NCBI GenBank assembly: GCA_905236645.1
Contig: CAJOMZ010000013.1
Coordinates: 3,315 to 67,314, forward strand
DNA from: an uncultured Bacteroidales bacterium
GTDB lineage: Bacteria > Bacteroidota > Bacteroidia > Bacteroidales > P3
Length of the DNA: 64,000 nucleotides
Reading direction: 5' to 3'
How positions within the stretch are numbered: the first letter of the stretch is position 1; the number at the start of each line of letters is the position of its first letter. The notes beneath the pieces were generated by a model. That model was not told the DNA's origin and ran no database searches. It saw only the letters and a program-made list of their open reading frames with translations. Below are positions 39,445-47,441 of the stretch, in pieces. A program made the translations under genes and the position numbers.

Positions 39445-40173
39445 TTAGAATACATCCCTTGTAAGGCCGCCGTACGATTTTGCCGCCTCTTCAAGGGCTT
39501 CTTCGGTTGTGTAGCGCTGGTAGTAGGTGCAGTGAGTGACTGCAGTCTGGCTCGAGCAGCGTTCGCCGCTGACGTGGACCAAAGCCCAGCCTGTCATATT
39601 GTCGGTAAAGCCGTCGTCAACCAATGCCAGTCCATTGCCGGTGTCTGCCATTTCATTTACATTCACATCACGTCGCGAAACGAGCACCTTGGGTCGCTCA
39701 CCCTCGACGATTTGTTTCAGCGTGTATAGCAATAGTTTGTCGCCGCGTTTCAAATCATCGCGTTTAAGGCTGGTAATCAGAGCCGCCGAGCCGCCCACTT
39801 CGCCAAGGTGTTGTTCTATTACAGGCAATACACCTTCGCTCAAAGGCATATCAGGCAACAGCAGCGTTCCATCACTGACAGGACCGTTTTTGGGCAGAAA
39901 AACCACCTGCGTCCGGCGCATTAGACTGAGAAACTGTGCGTAGCCTGTTGGCTTGGCAGGGAACAACGGCACGCCAGCGTATTTGAGCCTTGACCATATC
40001 CGGCAACTGTGCGATAGTTGTTGACGGGCCACGAATTGCTTGCGCGTCCTCCGTTTGGGTTGATAACTTGAGGCGCTTCGAGCAACAGTTTTCCCGTTAC
40101 GGATGTAGAGCGTTATTCCGCTCTTTTTCAATCGTCCAGTGATTGTCAGGCCTTTAATCTTGTCGTTTGCCAT
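39445..40173 (-). CDS. Hypothetical protein with a basic N-terminus and no motif I can assign
   Basis: A 242-aa ORF with clean coding appearance. It has no signal peptide, TM segment or catalytic motif that I recognise. Confidence 0.55.
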   Translation of the reverse strand: MANDKIKGLTITGRLKKSGITLYIRNGKTVARSASSYQPKRRTRKQFVARQQLSHSCRIWSRLKYAGVPLFPAKPTGYAQFLSLMRRTQVVFLPKNGPVSDGTLLLPDMPLSEGVLPVIEQHLGEVGGSAALITSLKRDDLKRGDKLLLYTLKQIVEGERPKVLVSRRDVNVNEMADTGNGLALVDDGFTDNMTGWALVHVSGERCSSQTAVTHCTYYQRYTTEEALEEAAKSYGGLTRDVF

Positions 40174-40323
40174 ATTGTATAAAGGTTATGGTTTAAAAAA
40201 ACAATACTTTCTTGTTGTTGATTGGTTGACAATAGGTTGCGGTGGTATGTGCTTTGAAAAATTATCTTAAAGGGGTCTTTCTTATACTTCTCCAAGCTTA
40301 ACAAACCAAACCCGAGTCATCAT

Positions 40324-40405
40324 TTCAACGATACTTCAACGATACTTCGACCATATTTCAACGATTATATATCGTTGAAATATAGTCGAAGTATCGTTGC
40401 AATGT
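40324..40405. repeat. Hairpin element built from 11-nt TTCAACGATAC units (4 direct, about 3 inverted)
   Basis: Units lie at 40324, 40335, 40346 and 40357. 40337-40365 pairs with 40371-40399 with one mismatch around the loop tatat. Confidence 0.85.
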
Positions 40406-40454
40406 GGTTGATGTATATTTGAAGGGGCCAGGTTGGTATATTCCTTCAGTATGT

Positions 40455-41999
40455 TTAAGCGGAGCAATCTGTTTTTAAATATTTATAGATGAATTTGTCA
40501 ATGTCATAGAAGTGCTTTTCGACATCGGACAGGTGCTCTTCGTCAAAGTCCCACCATTTTATTTTCAGAAGAGCTTCAATTTGTTCAGGTGTAAACCTGT
40601 AACGAATGATTCTTATGGGGCATCCCACGGCGATGGCGTATGGAGGAATGTCTTTAGACACAACGGCACCAGCTCCGATTATGGCTCCGTCGCCGATGGT
40701 TACGCCGTCGAGAATGGTTACATTGGCACCAATAAACACATCGTTGCCTATTGTGATTCGTTTCCTTTCCTCAACCTTGTCTTTTGTCGAAAGTGTCATT
40801 CCGTTTTGTCTCATTGTGGAGTAAAACATAGGAGCTGTACTGATGCCATTGGTGGGATGAACACCCCATCCGCAAACCAAATTCGGTCCGATTGAACAGA
40901 ATTTGCCGATGGTGGTCTTTGAAATAATAGAATTCTGTGCAATGTAGGTGTAGTCACCAATAGTAATGTCCGAGATATTGTAAATTGAGTTCAGTTTAAC
41001 ATTTTTACCAATGGTGAAATTAGACTGACCATCGGATAATGAATCCCAATGAAGATTTCTCCTCAAGATTGATAATTCAGGAACACTGTCCCTAACAATA
41101 CGCCGAACAACTTTTCTGAAAAAAGATAACATTGGTTTGTTATTGTGAGGCTTGCCAAATTCCTTTAGCAGGGCAACTGCCCGTTTGTTGATTTTGATTT
41201 TTTGTTTCTTTACTTTTATATGATTAGCCAGTCTTGGACAACGAAATAGTTCTGTGCTATTACAATGTTCTCCACTGCCGTCAAAACCTATATTCTGTAC
41301 GAGTGAAGTATTAGGGTAAAGCGAGTAGCCATTGCATAAAATAACGGAAGCATTCCATTTGATAAACCACGTATTTAGTTTACCTGTTATATTGTCGATT
41401 AACTGTTGCTCGAATCCGTGTATGGTATTTATGTTCAGTGTTTTCAGCAATTCCCTGTTTTTGATTTCCTGGTAAAGTTGTTTGGCGTTGGAATTGAAGT
41501 GTTTCCACGCTCTTTCCCATGTGGCCCATCCCCAACACGATGTGGCTGGATAGAAAAAAGTTGATGAAAGTCGATGACGCCTTACAGGATACATATAGCC
41601 CGAAATATGCATAACTTGAGGTTCATCTTTATATATCTGTAGTGCATCATTCATATACCGGAGGAAACCAGGGGATGTCACAATGTCATCTTCAAGAACA
41701 ATGACTGTTCCATGCTTATCTATCACCTTACTTACGCCATTTATCACCGAGTTGGCCAGTCCTTTGTTTGCGGTAGCTTCCTCGATATGTATGGTCTTAA
41801 ATCCGGTGATAGTGTGTATATATGTTCGTACTTCATCAATATTGGCTATACATTCTTCTGTCGCGTTGACTGTTGGACCGTCGGCAAAGATGTATAGTTC
41901 GCTATCGTTTGAAAGTTCGCAGTGCTGCAAGGCTTCAACCGTCTGGCGGGTGTGCCATGGACGGTTGTATACGACGAGGACAATGGGGGCAAGTGTCAT
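40455..41999 (-). CDS. Fusion protein: GNT-I/GT2-like glycosyltransferase (N) + left-handed beta-helix hexapeptide acetyltransferase (C)
   Basis: The N-terminal IVLVVYNRP...VLEDD resembles gene 59341..60264. The C-terminal part has hexapeptide repeats (IGNDVFIGANVTILDGVTIGDGAIIGAGAVV). ATG 41999 overlaps the upstream stop as ATGA. Confidence 0.8.
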   Translation of the reverse strand: MTLAPIVLVVYNRPWHTRQTVEALQHCELSNDSELYIFADGPTVNATEECIANIDEVRTYIHTITGFKTIHIEEATANKGLANSVINGVSKVIDKHGTVIVLEDDIVTSPGFLRYMNDALQIYKDEPQVMHISGYMYPVRRHRLSSTFFYPATSCWGWATWERAWKHFNSNAKQLYQEIKNRELLKTLNINTIHGFEQQLIDNITGKLNTWFIKWNASVILCNGYSLYPNTSLVQNIGFDGSGEHCNSTELFRCPRLANHIKVKKQKIKINKRAVALLKEFGKPHNNKPMLSFFRKVVRRIVRDSVPELSILRRNLHWDSLSDGQSNFTIGKNVKLNSIYNISDITIGDYTYIAQNSIISKTTIGKFCSIGPNLVCGWGVHPTNGISTAPMFYSTMRQNGMTLSTKDKVEERKRITIGNDVFIGANVTILDGVTIGDGAIIGAGAVVSKDIPPYAIAVGCPIRIIRYRFTPEQIEALLKIKWWDFDEEHLSDVEKHFYDIDKFIYKYLKTDCSA

Positions 42000-42739
42000 A
42001 ATTTGTGGCAAATGAAGATGTTTTCGTCTTTGTTTAGTCCGCGTTTTTTCGAGTATTTCTTCGTAATGTTTTCAATATCCACATAAAATCCAGCCTCTTT
42101 TAGTCTTTTAGGATAGTCCATACCATAGAGTCTGACATGATCGTTTTGCCCATAAGCCTTGAAACGAGCCTCAGGTGTTGTGATTGTTGGATTATCAATT
42201 GTTTTTTGTAGTTTTAATGCATAGGGTACTTGCAAAATAGCAGTTCCTTTGTATTTGATTATACGGCGAAGTTCTTTCATTGCTGTTATGTCGTTGGGTA
42301 CGTGTTCCAGAACATGGTTGCAGATGACGAGGTCGTATGTGTTGTCTGGTATCTCGGGCATGGACATGATGTCTATATCCTGTACGTTGTCAGGATAATA
42401 ATAACCTTCGGCGCGTTTGTCGCTAGCATTATACTCGATGTTTGTTTGCCTAGAAAGAAAAAATGAGAGTTGTCTCTCAGGAGCAATGTGAAGACATTTG
42501 ATGTGCTCTTTTTTCTGTTTTGGCAGGAAATAGTCTTTAAGATAAAGATAAACCAATCGCTCTCTGTCGCTACTACCACATTGAGGACACGTAGATGGTC
42601 TCCGTCCAGCTCCTACACCATGTAATTCTATCCACACAGGAGCATCGGTGCCTCCATCTAAATATTTTTTGAAGCGGGATCCGCAAATGGGACAGTGGCT
42701 CCAAAAGAGACGATGATATAACTCACGAATAAGACTCAT
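41996..42739 (-). CDS. Class I SAM-dependent methyltransferase with N-terminal CxxC...CxxC zinc ribbon
   Basis: CPICGS...CPQCGS, followed by an MT core (DLVICNHVLEHV). Confidence 0.75.
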   Translation of the reverse strand: MSLIRELYHRLFWSHCPICGSRFKKYLDGGTDAPVWIELHGVGAGRRPSTCPQCGSSDRERLVYLYLKDYFLPKQKKEHIKCLHIAPERQLSFFLSRQTNIEYNASDKRAEGYYYPDNVQDIDIMSMPEIPDNTYDLVICNHVLEHVPNDITAMKELRRIIKYKGTAILQVPYALKLQKTIDNPTITTPEARFKAYGQNDHVRLYGMDYPKRLKEAGFYVDIENITKKYSKKRGLNKDENIFICHKL

Positions 42740-42743
42740 ATGC

Positions 42744-43496
42744 TCATAGTAGTTGTTTGTTGGAAATAAGGATGTCTAGTCCTTCATCAATATTATCTGT
42801 TGTAATATAGAAATCTTTGGTTGAATAGTAATCCAAATAGTTCGATCTCCTGTAAACATAGTGGAATTCTTTGGCGTTGTAGTCGTACCTTTGAGGACGG
42901 CAACGTTCCTTCTCGATGTTGACAATTTCAGGATTTGCTGATATGGAGTATACATGACTTTGCGGATAATGCTGTTTTAGGATTGTTTTAATTCCAGTTT
43001 CATTATATTCTGTTATGTGATATTGATTCCAAGGTTTTTGCCCGCTGGTCAATCTATATGTTCTATTTGGGGTTGTAATTAATACTAGTCCATCATGTTT
43101 TACGAGCCGCTTAATATTTTGAAAGTACACATCCAAATTGGTAACATGTTCTATTACCTGAAAAGAAATGATAATATCGAAACTATGTTCGGGTAAGTCG
43201 ATTATATTTCCATTGTATGGTAAAAATGTCAAGTTGTCTTTTGAATATTTTCTTTGAGCATAGTTTATAGTGTCTATGTTTATGTCCATTGCTGTGATTT
43301 TCGCACCAGTTTCAGAAAGTATTCTTGCGCCATATCCATCTCCACAGCCAATTTCAAGGACGCTGTTACTTGGTTTTATATTCATATGCGTATTTATGTT
43401 TAAGAAATAGTATCCATTGTTCTTCGGTTTCTTGGTATAGTTCGGGAATAAGCCGTTCTGCGTTTGGAGCAGCAATGTCAAATGAATACTGGTCAA
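42744..43496 (-). CDS. Class I SAM-dependent methyltransferase
   Basis: Motif I is VLEIGCGDGYG and motif II-like is FDIIISFQVIEHV. The start is uncertain (TTG 43496 or ATG 43385). Confidence 0.75.
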   Translation of the reverse strand: MTSIHLTLLLQTQNGLFPNYTKKPKNNGYYFLNINTHMNIKPSNSVLEIGCGDGYGARILSETGAKITAMDINIDTINYAQRKYSKDNLTFLPYNGNIIDLPEHSFDIIISFQVIEHVTNLDVYFQNIKRLVKHDGLVLITTPNRTYRLTSGQKPWNQYHITEYNETGIKTILKQHYPQSHVYSISANPEIVNIEKERCRPQRYDYNAKEFHYVYRRSNYLDYYSTKDFYITTDNIDEGLDILISNKQLL

Positions 43497-44418
43497 GATT
43501 GTAGTGTTTTAGCAGGTTTTCTAACTGAATATTGTTATAGTGTACATTATTTGTATTGAGCATTTGGTCGTATTTCCCATTAGTTGTTGTTATCCATTCA
43601 AGAGTCTCTTCGTATAATGGTGCAGTCCGGCAAGAGACATTGTTAAGTATTGCCATAATTTTAAACCAAATGTCATCTGCAGTTGGAGAGAGAGTCATAA
43701 ACAAATCCTTTCGGAATACGTCTGGATGTAAACTGTGAGGAGGATAGAGGATGCCGCCAAATCCTACAGGCAAGTAAGATAGGGATGCTCTACTTGTATT
43801 TTTGGGAGGATCACTCCATTCAATATATGGCTTTATATGACCTGTAGAATCAAATTCAATAATGTGGGCGTGGGAGCAAATAATGTCCGCTGGATTTTTT
43901 GTGTGCTGAGAATAAAGTACGTCAATTAAATTAGCTGGATATATACAGTCGTCATCAACAGTGATAATAATATCATCAGGAAATAAGAGAAGAGAGGGAA
44001 TTAATTTCTTGTATGATTTAATATCTTCGGTATAATGTATTTCAATACCTCTTTTCTCAAGAATCTTCAGTGAAGCAGGAATTGTTTCGTAAGAAAACTC
44101 TTTTTCATCAAGCCATAGTATTATTTTATTTGGTTTCTGCGTTTGCCTCAAGAGACTTTCTAATGTGAGGTAAACTTTATGAATCCGTTGTCCATACGTG
44201 GTTAGAGAAACTATTAATTGTTTGTCTTCATACTTTTGGTTTGTTATGCCGCTGTTACCACCTTGTAGAAAAAGTAATTCGTAATGTTGCAGTATGATAT
44301 TTTTTCTTAGTTCACGCATTGTGAATTTTATATATTCATGGTTGCTTTCAACCATTCTGTCAAGTTGGAGACAATTTCTAAATATACGTTTTAATTTGTC
44401 AATACTTCTTTCAAACAT
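43366..44418 (-). CDS. Putative glycosyltransferase (GT-A-like)
   Basis: VSLTTYGQRIHKVYLTLESLLRQTQKPNKIILWLDE and TVDDD (DXD-like). Confidence 0.55.
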   Translation of the reverse strand: MFERSIDKLKRIFRNCLQLDRMVESNHEYIKFTMRELRKNIILQHYELLFLQGGNSGITNQKYEDKQLIVSLTTYGQRIHKVYLTLESLLRQTQKPNKIILWLDEKEFSYETIPASLKILEKRGIEIHYTEDIKSYKKLIPSLLLFPDDIIITVDDDCIYPANLIDVLYSQHTKNPADIICSHAHIIEFDSTGHIKPYIEWSDPPKNTSRASLSYLPVGFGGILYPPHSLHPDVFRKDLFMTLSPTADDIWFKIMAILNNVSCRTAPLYEETLEWITTTNGKYDQMLNTNNVHYNNIQLENLLKHYNLDQYSFDIAAPNAERLIPELYQETEEQWILFLKHKYAYEYKTK

Positions 44419-44435
44419 ACATCCAAAACATTACG

Positions 44436-45110
44436 TTAATCAATACATTTTTTATAGAAATAAAAATCTGACCAAGAAGACTCCGCTTCCATTGGATTAT
44501 AAGGATATTTATTTGGTATGTATTTGATTAGTTTCCATTCTGTAATATTCATCTCTATCCAATCCGTAAAGCGACGGTGTTTTACGTGATTGGCTTCAAT
44601 AGTATCTTCATCGTTGCAAGAATATATGCAAACATATTTAGTTGAGGAGGAGAATAACCGATGCATATATGTGTTGAAGACAGAATCTTCAACTAAATGA
44701 TATATTACATCAAGAGACAATGATAGTTCTGCTTTTTGATTAGATTTAAAATCTTCTCCGCCACAGTATATAAAACTCTTTGTAATGTCGTCCTCGAATA
44801 ATTCTATACACATCTGAATAGATTTCTTAGATACATCATATCCAACATATTTGGGATAATCAGCTAATTGTAGTTGGCGTCCATCGCCGCATCCCCATTC
44901 TATTATAGACTTGATGTCGTGTTCTTTGACAAACTTGTTGAGGATTTCGGCTTTGAATTCTGCCAGTCTGCCATATGAACCAGCGCCAGAATTGCCACCT
45001 GATTGATATCTCATTTCCCAATATAGAGCACTTCCATTCCATCCGTCTATATTCAGTTTCGTTTTTGGGAAAGAAATGCTTTCCTTTATTTTTCTTAATA
45101 GTCTTTTCAT
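44436..45110 (-). CDS. Class I SAM-dependent methyltransferase
   Basis: Motif I is IIEWGCGDGRQL, followed by LSLDVIYHL. Confidence 0.75.
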   Translation of the reverse strand: MKRLLRKIKESISFPKTKLNIDGWNGSALYWEMRYQSGGNSGAGSYGRLAEFKAEILNKFVKEHDIKSIIEWGCGDGRQLQLADYPKYVGYDVSKKSIQMCIELFEDDITKSFIYCGGEDFKSNQKAELSLSLDVIYHLVEDSVFNTYMHRLFSSSTKYVCIYSCNDEDTIEANHVKHRRFTDWIEMNITEWKLIKYIPNKYPYNPMEAESSWSDFYFYKKCID

Positions 45111-46405
45111 TATTTTTCGGATAAATATTTACCAGGAAGGAGAGCGGTATAGCCACGATTGGGGCGAATATTAACTCCTTTTAGAAAATAATTGTCTATT
45201 AGCACGTTTAGAATAAAAGCAGAATGGATAGCATCGCAAAAGTCCTCGGGTGCTGTTGTTCCAAGTGATAATTGTACGTACATATGGTATGAATTTGGAC
45301 GCATATTAAGTTCGGGAATTTCAAGAAAGAAACTGCCCTTATTTATTCCAGAGAAATCGTGTTCCATCTCGTCAGATGCCCATTGCATAACAAGGTTGCC
45401 ATAAGGATCGTATAGCAAGCAACCAACAATCAGTTTAGACGGATCGATGTATTCTGTTGAAGTTACCTTAAATTCTAATTTCGCATATTGACCGACAAAA
45501 GCTTCCGAAACAATTTGGTTATTGGAATTTCGTAATAAAATACCGGTAACTTTGATTTTCCCATTTCCAATGCGGTCCGTTCTAACCGATATGGGTAAAT
45601 CTGCATCTTGTGGTGTAATGTTCAAGTATTTCTCAATGGTTTCTTCCGCAGTGCCGAAATAGGTTGTCTCCCCATTTTTTAATAGAATTCCAGAATGACA
45701 TAGTTGTTTTACGGCAGTCATATTATGACTGACAAACAGCACGGTGCGGCCTTGGCCTTTGCTGACGTCTTGCATCTTGCCGATGGCTTTCTTCTGGAAT
45801 TCGGCGTCGCCGACGGCGAGGACTTCGTCAACGACGAGGATTTCGGGGTCGAGGTGGGCGGCGACGGCAAAGCCGAGGCGGACCATCATTCCGCTGCTGT
45901 AGCGTTTGACGGGGGTGTCGATGTAGCGTTCGCAGCCGCTGAAGTCGACGATTTCATCGAGTTTGCGGTCGATTTCCCATTTCTTCATTCCGAGGATGCA
46001 GCCGTTCATATAGATGTTTTCGCGGCCGGTCAGTTCTGGGTGGAAGCCGGTGCCGACTTCGAGCAGCGAGGCTATGCGGCCTCGGGTGTATATCTTGCCT
46101 GTGGTGGGGGCGGTGACGCGGCTGAGGAGCTTGAGCAGGGTGCTTTTGCCGGCACCGTTCTTGCCGATGATGCCGAGGACGTCGCCTTCCAGGACTTCGA
46201 GGTTGATATCTTTGAGGGCATAGACGTAGTCGGAGTGGCCCTTGGTGCTGCGGTCGTTGGTCTCACCGATCATAAGGTAGGGGTCTTCCTTGCGCATCAC
46301 GCTGGTAATCCACCAGCGGCGCAGGTCGTGGCTCAATGTGCCGGTGCCGACAGTGCCGAGCCGGTAGAGTTTGCCGACGTTTTCAAATCGTATTACGGGT
46401 TGCAT
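45110..46405 (-). CDS. wzt: Polysaccharide ABC exporter ATP-binding protein with C-terminal glycan-binding (Wzt_C-like) extension
   Basis: Walker A GKNGAGKST, signature YSSGMMVRL, Walker B ILVVDE and the H-loop FVSHN, plus about 190 extra C-terminal residues. The start is taken at ATG 46405. Confidence 0.9.
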   Translation of the reverse strand: MQPVIRFENVGKLYRLGTVGTGTLSHDLRRWWITSVMRKEDPYLMIGETNDRSTKGHSDYVYALKDINLEVLEGDVLGIIGKNGAGKSTLLKLLSRVTAPTTGKIYTRGRIASLLEVGTGFHPELTGRENIYMNGCILGMKKWEIDRKLDEIVDFSGCERYIDTPVKRYSSGMMVRLGFAVAAHLDPEILVVDEVLAVGDAEFQKKAIGKMQDVSKGQGRTVLFVSHNMTAVKQLCHSGILLKNGETTYFGTAEETIEKYLNITPQDADLPISVRTDRIGNGKIKVTGILLRNSNNQIVSEAFVGQYAKLEFKVTSTEYIDPSKLIVGCLLYDPYGNLVMQWASDEMEHDFSGINKGSFFLEIPELNMRPNSYHMYVQLSLGTTAPEDFCDAIHSAFILNVLIDNYFLKGVNIRPNRGYTALLPGKYLSEK

Positions 46406-46453
46406 TAAAAGAGATTGTATATTAAATGCTTCGAGGTACTCAAAAGACACAGG

Positions 46454-47362
46454 TCAGTTGAGTTCTTTGAGTTTTTCGATGGGAATGTCAAGACTTTTAG
46501 CTATTATTTCAAGCGGAACGCCGTTTTCTTTAAGACTTCGGGCATTGTTCATTTTTTCTTCGGCTCGTCCTTCAGCCCGTCCTTCAGCTCGTCCTTCAGC
46601 CCGTCCTTCTTTCAGCCCCTCCATTCGTCCTTCATATCGGCCGGTTTTCAGTACGCTGCGTTGGTAACGAATGTTTTCCATGTCGTAGTTGTAGCGTTTG
46701 CGATCTTCTTCAGAAAGGGAAGCCACGTGAAGCCTTTCTCGCGCCTCGGGCAATCCGGGGGCGGTAGCTGTTTGTGGTATCTCGCCCGTTTTGAGGAAAC
46801 TGATCCATTCGTCAAGTGGCGTAGTGGCAACTTTGTCGAACTCGTCAACGCGAAGCAGATAGTATTCCGGCATTATGTCCGCCGGGGTGTCGCAGCGGAA
46901 CGCGTCGCGTTGGCCTTCGGAAAGGTGGAGTATGTCGTCGGGCTGATGCAGCCCCCTGAATTCGGTGCGTCCACGATACACATAGTCATTGCCTTGCCCA
47001 AGGTCGAAATAGACGATGTTGATGGAATAAACCTTGCGGATGTGGTCGTAGGTCTGCCCGGACTTGATGTATTCGGTGATTGCTTTGGAAACTCCGTATG
47101 TCATACGGTGGAAATAGTCCAACTCGCGGTCGTTCTGGATTTCGAATATCATCAGCTCGCCTTCGTCGTTCTCGGCCAGCAAATCAACGCGGTTGAATTT
47201 GTCTTCTGCATATTCTTTGTTGCCTTCACTCTCCAGAAGGCTTATTATATGTATAGGCTTTTCGAGAAGAGCCGTCAAGAGGCCTTCTACAATCACATAG
47301 TTGGCTTTGTCGCGCAACAGGCGCTTCATCGCCCAGTCGAATCTGACGAGTTCATTTTTCAT
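46454..47362 (-). mobile_element. Rpn-family recombination-promoting nuclease / putative transposase (PD-(D/E)XK)
   Basis: N-terminal VRFDWAMKRLLRDKAN and RVDLLAENDEGELMIFEIQ. The C-terminal (EGRA)n repeat plus helix are typical of the family. Confidence 0.8.
46566..46610. repeat. 12-nt in-frame tandem repeat (cgtccttcagcy x about 4) encoding (EGRA)n in the Rpn gene
   Basis: Read directly from the sequence. The protein reads KEGRAEGRAEGRAEGRAEE. Confidence 0.85.
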
Positions 47363-47441
47363 AATTTATTTGTTTTTATTTTTTAACGGGATAATGATTG
47401 TTGTATTGTGTCTGATTTGTTTTTTGTGAAATAATCGTGTC

